IMG/VR virus record: IMGVR_UViG_3300037714_000576
Location: 1-63,930 of that record
Length of the DNA: 63,930 bases
Origin: a virus
Taxonomy: Duplodnaviria > Caudoviricetes
Reading direction: 5' to 3' (one strand)
In this document: positions 9,437-19,248 of the stretch, piece by piece
How positions within the stretch are numbered: position 1 is the first letter of the stretch
Layout: each line of letters begins with the position of its first letter
Made by a program: the position numbers and the translations under genes
The notes under the pieces: model-generated
Told to the model about the DNA's origin: nothing
Databases searched by the model: none
Seen by the model: the letters and a program-made list of their open reading frames with translations, nothing else

Positions 9437-10645
9437 ATGGCGAAAACGACCAAATCAAGTGACGGTCTCAAGAAGATTGGCCCCGGAAAGTGGCTCGCAC
9501 GCATTGTTGGCCCTCGTGACGCAGACGGCAAACGAACAGTCGATACGGATCGGATCATCGAAGCGGATACGAAGATGCAAGCAATGCAACTCCGACAAAA
9601 GCTTTACGACGAACTCGTAGGTGACGATTCAGAGTGGACCGTTGAACAAACGGTCGCGGCTTGGTTGCCTACGGTGCACATCGGTTCACTGCCAGTTCGT
9701 ACGACGCACATCAATCGTTTCAAGTTGCGTTTCGGTGGGCGGCGTTTGAGTGCTGTGGCGCCTGTTGAAATTCAGCGTTGGCTTGCTGAGTTGGACTGTG
9801 GCGACACTACAGCGAACGCACATCGCGGTTCCGTTTTGGCGCTGTACAAATTTGCACGCCGTCAGGGTCGGCTGGTTGGCAAGAATCCGTTGCTAGAAAC
9901 TGAAAAACGCGAGACGTCACTGAGCACGGAAGAAGAGCTAGCGGCGCTGCATGCGCCTGTGAAGAGCAATGTGTTGATTGGGGACGCGTTGGTGCGCTTC
10001 TTCGAAGCACTCAACGAAGTCAATCCGGATTTGTACCCCGTTGCTAAAACTCAGTTGTTGCTGGGGTGCCGGTGGGCTGAAGTTGCCGCACTTCAGTGGC
10101 AGGACATTGACTGGGCGACGGGCGCGGTTTTGATTCGCCGCGGCATTGCGCGTCTGGGCGTTAGCGTCCCCAAAGCGCGGCGAAAGCGTGTCGCGGCGTT
10201 GGGGCCTATGGGGATTGCGTTCTTGCGGGGGCATTGCGCGGTCATGGAACAACGCAAGTGGCCTGGCTGGGATGTGTGGGTGTTTCCGCGGCCTGTCACA
10301 GGCCACCCCCGGCCAAAAGACACGTGGGCGTACAACACGGTGCACACAGCAGTTGCAGCCGCCCTGGCGGCTGCCCAAATCGACATTGCGAAGAACACGC
10401 ACGCCTTTCGCCACACCTACGTCACGCTCTCGCGCGCGCTCAACAGCGACGATGTGATGCGGGCTTCGGTCGGCCATTCGGGGGCGGGGTTGACCGAGAC
10501 GTACACCGACGACAGCCATCGCGTGGCGGAGGTCGTGTCGTTGGCAGAGGCCTTCGAAGCGCGGCTTCAAAACGCCGGTGGGGGTTTTGGTGGGGTTGGT
10601 TCAGAGAAAAGCCTGAAAAACAGGGATAAACGAACGAAGGTGTAG
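9437..10645 (+). CDS. int: Tyrosine integrase
   Basis: GCRWAE (R), HAFRH (HxxR), VGHS...TETY (H, Y); N-terminal arm-binding and core-binding regions. Confidence 0.93.
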   Translation: MAKTTKSSDGLKKIGPGKWLARIVGPRDADGKRTVDTDRIIEADTKMQAMQLRQKLYDELVGDDSEWTVEQTVAAWLPTVHIGSLPVRTTHINRFKLRFGGRRLSAVAPVEIQRWLAELDCGDTTANAHRGSVLALYKFARRQGRLVGKNPLLETEKRETSLSTEEELAALHAPVKSNVLIGDALVRFFEALNEVNPDLYPVAKTQLLLGCRWAEVAALQWQDIDWATGAVLIRRGIARLGVSVPKARRKRVAALGPMGIAFLRGHCAVMEQRKWPGWDVWVFPRPVTGHPRPKDTWAYNTVHTAVAAALAAAQIDIAKNTHAFRHTYVTLSRALNSDDVMRASVGHSGAGLTETYTDDSHRVAEVVSLAEAFEARLQNAGGGFGGVGSEKSLKNRDKRTKV

Positions 10646-10771
10646 ATCTCCTGGATCTACAGAGTGGGGATCTGAGGGGACACCTGTCGTGTTTTTGCTG
10701 AGGAAAATGCGACAGGTCTAGACAGGGATCGCCGGGTTTCTCCACCGCTGGTGGGGGAACTGGTGGGGGAA
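10577..10771. other. Putative attP: arm-type repeats flanking inverted-repeat core
   Basis: GGTGGGG pairs with 12-bp period at 10577/10589 and 10750/10762 (CTGGTGGGGGAA x2), inverted copy 10738-10746; IR TGTAGATC-N5-GATCTACA 10641-10661. Confidence 0.6.
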
Positions 10772-10907
10772 AGCTCCAGGCCGTGCACGCGTACGGCCTG
10801 TGGGCCCGCTGGGAAAGTTCTGCGCTGCGCATGTCGCGGCGTTGGGGGAGCTCGAGCGCTTGGTGCGCCCGGCTTCGATTTGGGGAACGCCAATCGAGGG
10901 GACGATT

Positions 10908-11426
10908 ATGCCGAGACTGAATTACACCGTACGTGAATCGAGCGGCTTCGAGGTGTGGCCGAAGGGCCCGTACAACATGCGGATCCTCAAGGTCGATAGT
11001 GGGGTCTCGAAAGAGAAGAACAACCCGCAGGTCATTCTGAAAATGGAGTGCATCGACGGGCCGTACGAGGCCAAAAAAAAGACGTGGTGGATCACGATCA
11101 GCGAGAAGAGCGGTTTCGACCTCGGGCCCGTTCTCGAAGCTGCGATCCCGGGCCTGTACGAAGCCGTGCAGGCCGAGTCCGATTCGGATGGCAACAAGCG
11201 CATTTCGTACGCGTTCGACACCGATGATCTGATCGACAAGATCATCACCGTCGATATGGACATTCGCCGGGACGACAAGGGCAACGAGCAAAACAACTGC
11301 CGCGCGCGGCCGTACGAGCCCGGCGGTGTTGTTGCGGCCGCAACCAACAATGGCGGCGTCGAGCCGGCCAAGGACGCCCAGCCACAGGAGCGCCAGGCAA
11401 CCGAGCGTCGGCGAGCGAGCGCCTAA
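10908..11426 (+). CDS. Single-stranded DNA-binding protein (DUF669-like)
   Basis: FEVWPKGPY..I.KV..SK..N.Q..L OB-like pattern, flexible tail; typical partner of Sak4. Confidence 0.72.
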   Translation: MPRLNYTVRESSGFEVWPKGPYNMRILKVDSGVSKEKNNPQVILKMECIDGPYEAKKKTWWITISEKSGFDLGPVLEAAIPGLYEAVQAESDSDGNKRISYAFDTDDLIDKIITVDMDIRRDDKGNEQNNCRARPYEPGGVVAAATNNGGVEPAKDAQPQERQATERRRASA

Positions 11427-11944
11427 TGGGCTCCGGGGACGACAAGCCAACGGGCGAAGGGCAAACGGGCGAGCCGATCACCGATCAACCGTCGGGTGTC
11501 GTCCCGCTTCTCACGCCCGAGCAAATGATGGAGATCTTGCAGCAGCAGTACGCTGTGATCTCCGCTGAAGTATTCGGGGTCCTAAAAGTACTCGCGCCGC
11601 ATCTTTCAGACGATGAGGCGGCAGCGATCGCGCAGCATGTCACGCACGAACAGCTGGATCAGAAACAGATCCCCATGATCGTGCGTTCGATGATCAATCC
11701 GGACGATGTTGCAAAGCATCCGACGATGCACCTTTACGTGCACGACGCGAAATTCAAGATCGAGATGAAGGCGCCAAAGCGTTTGGAGAACATCAAAGAT
11801 CCGCGTGCAGCTGCGCAGAGTGCTGTGATGCTTGCCTTCCTACTCGCGCCGGGGGCGCGCGCTGTCCTGCGCGCATTCGGCTTCAAGTACAACCTCGCAC
11901 AATCGCAGACGCCCGCGGGCGGACGCGTAATCTTGTCGTCATGA
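11426..11944 (+). CDS. Hypothetical protein
   Basis: TAATG coupling to upstream gene. Confidence 0.7.
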   Translation: MGSGDDKPTGEGQTGEPITDQPSGVVPLLTPEQMMEILQQQYAVISAEVFGVLKVLAPHLSDDEAAAIAQHVTHEQLDQKQIPMIVRSMINPDDVAKHPTMHLYVHDAKFKIEMKAPKRLENIKDPRAAAQSAVMLAFLLAPGARAVLRAFGFKYNLAQSQTPAGGRVILSS

Positions 11945-12183
11945 TTCGACGCCGAAGACAGTTCGTAACACGTACCGTCCGCATTCAAATGCGTACGATG
12001 TTGCGTTGGATCACTGAGTTCGAACAAAACGCAAAGGAACTCGCCGGTGGTTTCCATCCCGATTCGCGTGAAGAAATCCGGGAGACTGCAGCCACACGTG
12101 CAGCTGTCCTTCGGTATGTTGTCAAAAGTCGGACACGCGAACTACCCAAGGGTGAAGTGAAGGTCCGAGTCAAACTGGACTGA
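11941..12183 (+). CDS. Hypothetical protein
   Basis: ATGA overlap. Confidence 0.55.
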   Translation: MIRRRRQFVTRTVRIQMRTMLRWITEFEQNAKELAGGFHPDSREEIRETAATRAAVLRYVVKSRTRELPKGEVKVRVKLD

Positions 12184-12193
12184 GGGGATCAAA

Positions 12194-13087
12194 ATGCCTG
12201 AGCTCGAAATGCGTCGCGGCGTTGTCGCGCGTTGGCGGATTCAACCGCGCGAAAACGAACGTTTTGGCGTGCTGCTGCTAGAAAATGACAGCACACCCTA
12301 TGCGGGGGCCTTCCCAAGCGTTGAACGTGGCGATGAGCTTGCGATGTTCGCGTTTCTGAGCGATCACGCCAAGTACGGGGCGCAGTACAAGGTTCAAAAG
12401 GTCGTCCTGCACATTCCGGGGAAGATGAACCTCGTGAATTGGCTGTTGTTGCGGCTTCCCAACATCGGGCCTGTGCGTGCACGGGCGATCAAAGAGCAGT
12501 TCGGCGAGATGATCTGGCAAGTTCTGGAGTCAGACCCACGGCAGCTCACGACGATCGATGGGATTACCGACGAACGTGCTGACAAGCTTGCGGAGATCTA
12601 CAATCAGGAGAAGAAAGGTATCGATGTCTTCCTTTCGCTCTTGCAGCTCGGTGTTGATCCCAAGACGCTGATCACACTCATCAAGAAAGACATCCACATT
12701 TGGCAGCTGCAAGCTTGGCTCGATACCGATGTCTACCAGCTCGCAGCACAAGGTCTGCTCCGCTTCGATGAGGTCGATTCTATTGGTGAGGCGAAGCAAA
12801 TCGACAAGGAAGATGCGCGCCGTGTCTGTGGGGCTGTTGTGTCGATCCTTCGCGACCGTCGCAAGGACGGTCACACGGCGACGCCATACAACGTTCTGCG
12901 TATTGAGGCACGCCGGTTGTTGAAGGTTTCTGACTCAGTCATCGACTTGGGGATCAACAAGGCACCTGAGCTCCCGTTCCCTGCGCACTTCGCATTCTTC
13001 GGACAGCAAGTGCAGTGGGTTGAGCACGCCGAAGCGGACATGGTCTTTGGGCAGGCGCTTGGTGTTCGACAGGCGAGCGCAGCATGA
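12194..13087 (+). CDS. RecD2-like helicase N-terminal part (OB + HhH)
   Basis: HAKYGAQY, LPNIGPVRARAIKEQFG, LTTIDGIT, FDEVDSI, DARR, DGHT motifs. Confidence 0.82.
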   Translation: MPELEMRRGVVARWRIQPRENERFGVLLLENDSTPYAGAFPSVERGDELAMFAFLSDHAKYGAQYKVQKVVLHIPGKMNLVNWLLLRLPNIGPVRARAIKEQFGEMIWQVLESDPRQLTTIDGITDERADKLAEIYNQEKKGIDVFLSLLQLGVDPKTLITLIKKDIHIWQLQAWLDTDVYQLAAQGLLRFDEVDSIGEAKQIDKEDARRVCGAVVSILRDRRKDGHTATPYNVLRIEARRLLKVSDSVIDLGINKAPELPFPAHFAFFGQQVQWVEHAEADMVFGQALGVRQASAA

Positions 13088-13287
13088 AACTGCCGAATCC
13101 GGATCCTGAGCATAACTGTCCATACGCGCCTAGCGAAGACTGGCGTATGTTGGCTCGAAAATACATTCAGATATTTGTACGCACGGATGGCGTACCAACA
13201 TCTGCCTACATGGTGCTGCACTTTCATGCGGCAGTCGCTGTGAACATCAATTGGTGTCCGTTCTGTGGTCAGAACTTCAAGCAATGA
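13084..13287 (+). CDS. Small Cys-rich protein
   Basis: INWCPFCG; ATGA overlap. Confidence 0.6.
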   Translation: MKLPNPDPEHNCPYAPSEDWRMLARKYIQIFVRTDGVPTSAYMVLHFHAAVAVNINWCPFCGQNFKQ

Positions 13288-13381
13288 CCAATTGGCCCGA
13301 AGAAGCGTCCGATCGCAGGCTTGCCGGGTTTCTGATCATGGTGGTCGTGACATTGATTCTCGTACTCACGGAGTGAGTAGG

Positions 13382-13651
13382 ATGAGTACCTGTCTACATT
13401 CTGATCCAGTCAAGCGGTATGGTGTTGAGTGGTGCCCGACATGCGGGGCAATTCGTAAAGTTGCCGGTCCATGTGCGGGTTCTTGGCATTATTCAGAAGC
13501 GTGTCCTGAAGTTGCTTCACCGCATACGTGCGAAGATTTTGTCTGGAATGCACCGAGCAATTCTTGGCGCTGTATCGAATGTAGAAAGCCGTACGTAAGG
13601 GGGTATGGGGAACATGACCAGCCTGAACTTGGAACAGACGATGGGGGCTGA
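13382..13651 (+). CDS. Small Cys-rich protein
   Basis: WCPTCGAIR, CIEC. Confidence 0.55.
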   Translation: MSTCLHSDPVKRYGVEWCPTCGAIRKVAGPCAGSWHYSEACPEVASPHTCEDFVWNAPSNSWRCIECRKPYVRGYGEHDQPELGTDDGG

Positions 13652-14852
13652 GTCGATCTGCGAAGCGCAGGCGACTCTGGTGTGTGGTGCGGCGGGCTCG
13701 GGCAAGACGACCTTGCTCAAGGCGGCAATCGAAATGCTCGAGAAGGCAGGGAAGCGGTACATCTTGCTTGCGCCGACGGGGAAGGCAGCCCTGCGTATGC
13801 GTGCGTCAACACGCCGCCCGGCAAACACTATTCACAAAGTGCTGTTCGCGCACAACTGCGACACGGTGTTTGCCAATGTCGATGTGATCATCGTCGATGA
13901 AGCCTCTATGGTCGATGCTGAGCTCATGGGCGCACTCAGCAAGAAAGCGCTGATGTACGGGTGTCGCATCGCGCTTGTCGGAGATCCAAATCAGCTTCCG
14001 CCTGTTGGTCCAGGAAAGCCGTTTGAGGACGTCCTTCTTGCGACACCTGAAGGTGTTTCGAAAATCGCGCTGCGGACGATCTACCGGCAGCAAGGTGATT
14101 CGTGGGTCTTGGACAATGCGCACAAGATTCTCGACGGTGAAATGGTTAGTTTGACGAACACACATGATTTCCGGTTCATCGAAACTGAGGAAGAAATCAC
14201 AGGCGAAACGTTGGAGTATCTCGGGCGTATGTGGGAATCCGGCGATCATCCATCGACGTTTCAGGTGATTTCTCCGCAGCGGGTCGACAATCGTTCGTAC
14301 GATACCGGTGCAACGACTGAACGCATCAACGATGCCGTACAAAAGGGGACGACTCCGGATGGTCCGGGTGTGTTCGAGTTCGAATGGGGTCGTAAGTTCC
14401 GGACAGGCGACCGGGTCATTCAGACAACGAACAACTACCGGATTGGGATCGTCAACGGCCAGCAAGGTGTGATTGTTGCCGCGGATCTCGACGGCGTTCG
14501 TGTAAGGTTCGACGAAGCTGTGGAGGAAGATGCAATTGTCCTCTACAGCATTGTGTCGAGTGAATGTCCACACCCGCGGGAGTTGGACCTCGCCTACGCG
14601 ATTACGGTCCACAGATCTCAGGGTTCACAATGGAACAATGTGTTGTTCATTGCGGACCGTCGCCACACACGAATGCTGCAACGACGGCTTTTCTACACCG
14701 CGATTACGCGTACCGAGAAGCATTTGACGATCGTCGGCTCCCGGGAAGCGGTTGAGCGCGCGATCAAGACGAACATGCCGAACGAGCGGCGGACGCTGTT
14801 GCAAGAAAAGCTGTTGGGTAAAATCGGGTGGGTTGGGGAGGCGCGGATATGA
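13605..14852 (+). CDS. RecD-like SF1B helicase core
   Basis: GAAGSGKTT, LAPTGKAA, VDEASMV, GDPNQLPPVG, YRQ, AYAITVHRSQGS, YTAITR. Confidence 0.93.
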   Translation: MGNMTSLNLEQTMGAESICEAQATLVCGAAGSGKTTLLKAAIEMLEKAGKRYILLAPTGKAALRMRASTRRPANTIHKVLFAHNCDTVFANVDVIIVDEASMVDAELMGALSKKALMYGCRIALVGDPNQLPPVGPGKPFEDVLLATPEGVSKIALRTIYRQQGDSWVLDNAHKILDGEMVSLTNTHDFRFIETEEEITGETLEYLGRMWESGDHPSTFQVISPQRVDNRSYDTGATTERINDAVQKGTTPDGPGVFEFEWGRKFRTGDRVIQTTNNYRIGIVNGQQGVIVAADLDGVRVRFDEAVEEDAIVLYSIVSSECPHPRELDLAYAITVHRSQGSQWNNVLFIADRRHTRMLQRRLFYTAITRTEKHLTIVGSREAVERAIKTNMPNERRTLLQEKLLGKIGWVGEARI

Positions 14853-15682
14853 CTACGGAACTGCAACACAATGGGTACTCAGCAGTCATTCGTGCTGATT
14901 CCACGAATGAAGCTTGGAAGCGTTTGACCACCATGGAGATCACCTATCCCCGTTTTGTGCATTCAGAGCTTCTCACACATCGTGTGCTTTCTCGGAACTC
15001 GGCGAGCTCGCGGGCTATCCCTGTCGCAAAGATGCTGGATCGCGTAGAAAGTAATCCCGTGATGCCTGTCTGGTGGGGGCGGAATCAGTCCGGCATGCAG
15101 GCGAACGAAGAACTCAGCGAAAATGAAAAGGCGCGCGCTGTTGCACGATGGCTGGCAGCCCGTGACAGCGCACTGCAACACGCACGTGAGCTCGCGGCGA
15201 TTGGTGCACACAAGCAGATCGTCAATCGACTTTTAGAACCTTGGATGTGGATTACGGTGATCGTCAGTGCCACAGACTGGGCGAATTTTTTTGCGCTTCG
15301 TTGTCATCCCGATGCGCAGCCTGAGCTTCGCAAGATTGCTGATATGATGTGGCACGCATACAACATTAGTACGCCGCCACGTCGTCTTCAGGATGGCGAA
15401 TGGCACCTCCCGTATCTCGAAGATCGTGCGGAGATTCCAGAGAACATGTGGCAGGCGGTTTCTACGGGTCGTTGTGCACGCGTTTCGTACCTCACGCATG
15501 ACGGGAAGCGTGATCTCTCAGCGGACGTCGCGCTGCACGACAAGTTGAAAGCGCAGGAGCCGGGCCACTGGTCGCCGTTCGAGCACGTCGCAATGGCGGA
15601 CAGCACAACACAGCGATGTCGAAATTTCCGTGGGTTCATTCAGTACCGCGCGATTCTCGATACAACCAGTGTTCAGGATTAG
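14849..15682 (+). CDS. thyX: Flavin-dependent thymidylate synthase
   Basis: ELLTHRVLSRNSASSRA, NFFALR..DAQPE, HWSPFEH. Confidence 0.88.
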   Translation: MTTELQHNGYSAVIRADSTNEAWKRLTTMEITYPRFVHSELLTHRVLSRNSASSRAIPVAKMLDRVESNPVMPVWWGRNQSGMQANEELSENEKARAVARWLAARDSALQHARELAAIGAHKQIVNRLLEPWMWITVIVSATDWANFFALRCHPDAQPELRKIADMMWHAYNISTPPRRLQDGEWHLPYLEDRAEIPENMWQAVSTGRCARVSYLTHDGKRDLSADVALHDKLKAQEPGHWSPFEHVAMADSTTQRCRNFRGFIQYRAILDTTSVQD

Positions 15683-16027
15683 GTGAAGAACATGAGCGTT
15701 CGTGGCAAAGTCGAGAAAGTCGAACCGTTCAGCCGCGAATTTGAAAGTGGCCTAGTACTACCCGCTTCGCAGCGAGGTCGGCGGCATACGCGAAAGCACA
15801 CGCACTACTTCAAGAACGTAGAGCCCTATGGCGAAATCGATGTCTATCGCGTTCTGAGTCTGTTCGAGGTAACCGACCCAGCATTGCAACACGCAATCAA
15901 GAAGCTGTTGGTCGCAGGTGGTCGCGGCGCCGGTAAGGACATCAGTCAGGACGTTCAAGAGGCGATCGACACGTTGGAGCGCTGGAAAGAAATGCGCGCA
16001 GAAGATGGCCAGACAGGGGAAATTTGA
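15683..16027 (+). CDS. Conserved phage protein
   Basis: IDVYRVL..F.VTDPALQHAIKKLL.AG.RG.KD pattern common in phages. Confidence 0.7.
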   Translation: MKNMSVRGKVEKVEPFSREFESGLVLPASQRGRRHTRKHTHYFKNVEPYGEIDVYRVLSLFEVTDPALQHAIKKLLVAGGRGAGKDISQDVQEAIDTLERWKEMRAEDGQTGEI

Positions 16028-16152
16028 ACGTCGCGCGTTGCTGCACAAACGCATCGCAGTACTTGCGAAACGGGCAGCTCGGTTGTTTTCGGAGTTCAAG
16101 GCGGTTGAACAGGCTCGAGTGGCTGCAGTACGTGAACTGGAGAGGTTAGAAC

Positions 16153-19100
16153 GTGTCTCAGCTTCTGAAGATTCAACCGGTCCTTGACGCATTTTCTGAG
16201 TGCAACCGTTGTGAGCTCGCCAAGCAGAAGGTTCAAAAGCAGACATGCTACGCGAGCATCCCGAAAAAGCCTTTCAACGGCCTGATGATCGTCGGGGAAG
16301 GTCCCGGACGCAACGAGGTCGTTGAAGGACGGCCCTTCGTAGGTCGCTCGGGGCAGCTTCTGCGTGCTCTGTGCGACGCAGAAGGGCTCGACCTTGACGC
16401 CACGTATGTTTCCAACGCCACGCTGTGCCGGCCTGAAGGAACGGATTCAGGACCACTCTACGAGCGGTATCCGACTGCCATTCACGCCTGTCTGCCGCGG
16501 TTGGAGGAAGAGATTGCTCGGGTACAACCACGGGTGATTCTCGCCCTTGGTGCGGCTGCCATGGCCGCAGTCACTGGGGAAGAAGAGAAATTCATCAAGC
16601 GCGAGCCGTTCGCTTGCGATCACTGCAAACCGGCGGAGGACCGCAAGGTCGATGGAATTCAATGCTCGAAAGGCGACTGCAAACACGTTTGGGAAATCCC
16701 CTACGAGGGTGATACGGCCTTCTGGGAGACGAATCGGCCTAGCCAGTGTCCGAAGTGCACTGCGACCTGGAAGCGCCTGAAGATCCGTCGTGTCGCGTGT
16801 CCAAAGTGTCTCGGGCGGAAGATTCGTGCAGTTGAGGCCGTGCGCTTCGATTGGGAATACAACCTTACGGAAATCGCCGGTGCGATTATCCCAGCCGAGA
16901 AATACGGTTGGGACAAGTTCGGCGTGAAGTACGTAATTGCGACGTACCACCCATCGTTCTTACTTCACGCCGCGAACTCCGAAGGCTCGGGCGAAAAGAA
17001 GGTCATGGCGGGGCAGTTCGCGGCAAAAGCCGTGCAGCGACACATTCGTAAGGCGAAAGTGTTGCTTACGGAGGATCGCGGTTGGGCGTTCGAGTTCGAA
17101 GTCACCTCGAACCAGGATGCTGATGCGGCAGCGCACCTTCACGAGTACATCTTCGATGGTTGGGAACTCAGCTCGCCGTTCACATCGGACGGCCCGAATC
17201 AATCTCCCGGGTGCGATTACAATTTCTCTGCGGACATCGAAACGGAAGCGTGGGGGGCGATCTATCACTGTCGGAAATGTACCAAAAAAAGCGGGATCGA
17301 AAAGCCTGTCGGTCCGGGTGGGTGGGGCCCGAAAGACAAAGCCGCACTCTGGGTTCGTCTGCATGCGGAGATTCTTGATCATGGTTGGTGTAAGGAGTGC
17401 AATGAACACACCACGCAAGATGCACAACTTGGCGAACTGGATGCGCGCGAGATCGAGAACGTTTCGAATATCAAGGTCATTGGATTTGCTTCGCGGAAGC
17501 GTGGTCATGCGCTCGTTGTGGATACTCGGTGGATCGCCGAGTCACCGACCCTTAAGGGCATGTTGGGTGATGTCCTTTCGGACGCCAGAATCCCTAAGAC
17601 CTTTCAGAATGGTAGCTACGACATCACGGTAATCCGCAAGCTGTGGGGGATCAAAGTCGCGGGCTACACCGACGATACGCTGAATGCACATCACGTTGCG
17701 TGTCCAGATGAATCACACGGTCTTTCGCACCTTGCGTTCAAATACACCTACGCGCGTGTCTGGAAACCGCCGAAGAAGCTCAAAGGACGGCTCGCTCACG
17801 AGTCCTTCGAAGATCTGTGTCTCTACAACGCCCGCGACTGTGTTGTCACAGATGAAGTGCGTGAAGCACTCGCTGCGGAACGTATTCGCAAGGGAAACTC
17901 GGAGAACGTCTACCGTCTTGACATGAAGCTGCAGAATCAGGCTCTTGCGATGCAGTGGAATGGGATGGGCATCGATATGGATGTCGCTCGAGAGGTCGGA
18001 CGCAAAGCGATCGGACAACGCAACGAGGGTCTTTCGATGATGCGCGAGATTGCGCGCAACGATCAGTTCAACCCGAACAACCCGGAACAGCTCCGGCATG
18101 TACTGTTTGATCAGCTGGGTCAGCCTGTGATTGCTTGGACGACTGGTGGAAAGGACGGCAAGAATAAAAAGGCTTCCACGGCCAAGGAAGTCATTCTGCG
18201 GCTCGACGACACGCCCTTCAAGCGGGCATTGCTGCTCTACAAAGACGGCTACGACATCCTGAAGCAGTACTTTGACATCTCCCGTGGTGTTGCGATCCCG
18301 GGCCGCAATATCCGCATTTGGGGCGATGGCCGCATGCACGCCTCGTGGCAGCCCTTTGGAACGCGCACAGGTCGCTTCTCGAGCTCGCCGAACTTCCAGA
18401 ACTGGCCTGGTTGGATGCGCAAGATGATCGTCGCCCCGAAGGGCCGCAAGATTGTCGGCGCGGACTACGATCAGCTCGAGCTGCGTATCGTCGCTGCACT
18501 TGCGAACGATCCAGTGCTGATCAAGATGTGTCTCAATGCAGACGACAAGCGCAAGCTCGAGCCCGAATGGGATCCACACAGTTTCGTCGCGCAGCTCGCG
18601 TTCGGAGACACCTACACGCGCTTGGAGCTCAAGGATCCGAAGCACAACCCTGCGAAAGAAGTTCGCTGCAAGTGCGAGACATGCACGCGCAAAGCCTACC
18701 GGGACATCTGCAAACGGGTGATCTATGGTTTGAACTACGGGGCCGGAGAGCAGACTGTCCTTGAGGCAATCTATAACGGTGGCTACTACGGTCCTCCGCT
18801 CAAACTTGAAATGCTCGTACGGATCAAGCACGCGATCTACAAAGCCTTCGCGCGCATTCCAGAATGGCGCGAGGAGACCTACCGCAAAGCTGTCCAAGAT
18901 CAGGCGATCTTTTCGGCGATCATGAAACGTTGGCGTACGTTCCCGCTCGGGGATGTTTCCATGACCGAGATTTCGAACTACCCAATTCAATCGTCCGGTG
19001 CTGACATCATGAACATTCGCAATACACTATTCTACGAGGAGCTCGCACACGCGATCGATCCGACTTCGATGTTTCTCGCCCAGGTGCATGACGCCGTGTA

Positions 19101-19248
19101 CTATGAGGTTGATGAAGACCGGGCGGAGCAGTTTCAGGCGAAGCTGACCGAAACGCTCACGTGGGAGACCGAGCTTGTTCCTGGCGGTCAGAAAATGCTC
19201 TATTCTGCCGGCGCGCAGATCTCGGATAACTGGAAGGAAGCCGCATGA
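16153..19248 (+). CDS. Family A DNA polymerase with N-terminal family-4 UDG-like domain
   Basis: GEGPG..E..PFVG.SG and TYHPS (UDG); DIET, NGSYD, YNARD (exonuclease); TGRFSS, DYDQLELR, K...YG.NYG, NYPIQS, QVHD (pol A). Confidence 0.95.
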   Translation: MSQLLKIQPVLDAFSECNRCELAKQKVQKQTCYASIPKKPFNGLMIVGEGPGRNEVVEGRPFVGRSGQLLRALCDAEGLDLDATYVSNATLCRPEGTDSGPLYERYPTAIHACLPRLEEEIARVQPRVILALGAAAMAAVTGEEEKFIKREPFACDHCKPAEDRKVDGIQCSKGDCKHVWEIPYEGDTAFWETNRPSQCPKCTATWKRLKIRRVACPKCLGRKIRAVEAVRFDWEYNLTEIAGAIIPAEKYGWDKFGVKYVIATYHPSFLLHAANSEGSGEKKVMAGQFAAKAVQRHIRKAKVLLTEDRGWAFEFEVTSNQDADAAAHLHEYIFDGWELSSPFTSDGPNQSPGCDYNFSADIETEAWGAIYHCRKCTKKSGIEKPVGPGGWGPKDKAALWVRLHAEILDHGWCKECNEHTTQDAQLGELDAREIENVSNIKVIGFASRKRGHALVVDTRWIAESPTLKGMLGDVLSDARIPKTFQNGSYDITVIRKLWGIKVAGYTDDTLNAHHVACPDESHGLSHLAFKYTYARVWKPPKKLKGRLAHESFEDLCLYNARDCVVTDEVREALAAERIRKGNSENVYRLDMKLQNQALAMQWNGMGIDMDVAREVGRKAIGQRNEGLSMMREIARNDQFNPNNPEQLRHVLFDQLGQPVIAWTTGGKDGKNKKASTAKEVILRLDDTPFKRALLLYKDGYDILKQYFDISRGVAIPGRNIRIWGDGRMHASWQPFGTRTGRFSSSPNFQNWPGWMRKMIVAPKGRKIVGADYDQLELRIVAALANDPVLIKMCLNADDKRKLEPEWDPHSFVAQLAFGDTYTRLELKDPKHNPAKEVRCKCETCTRKAYRDICKRVIYGLNYGAGEQTVLEAIYNGGYYGPPLKLEMLVRIKHAIYKAFARIPEWREETYRKAVQDQAIFSAIMKRWRTFPLGDVSMTEISNYPIQSSGADIMNIRNTLFYEELAHAIDPTSMFLAQVHDAVYYEVDEDRAEQFQAKLTETLTWETELVPGGQKMLYSAGAQISDNWKEAA

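Noticed and set aside
17713-18990. Long antisense ORFs (also 10440..11450, 40829..41860, 61744..62709)
   Set aside because: Shadows of well-supported genes in GC-rich DNA.
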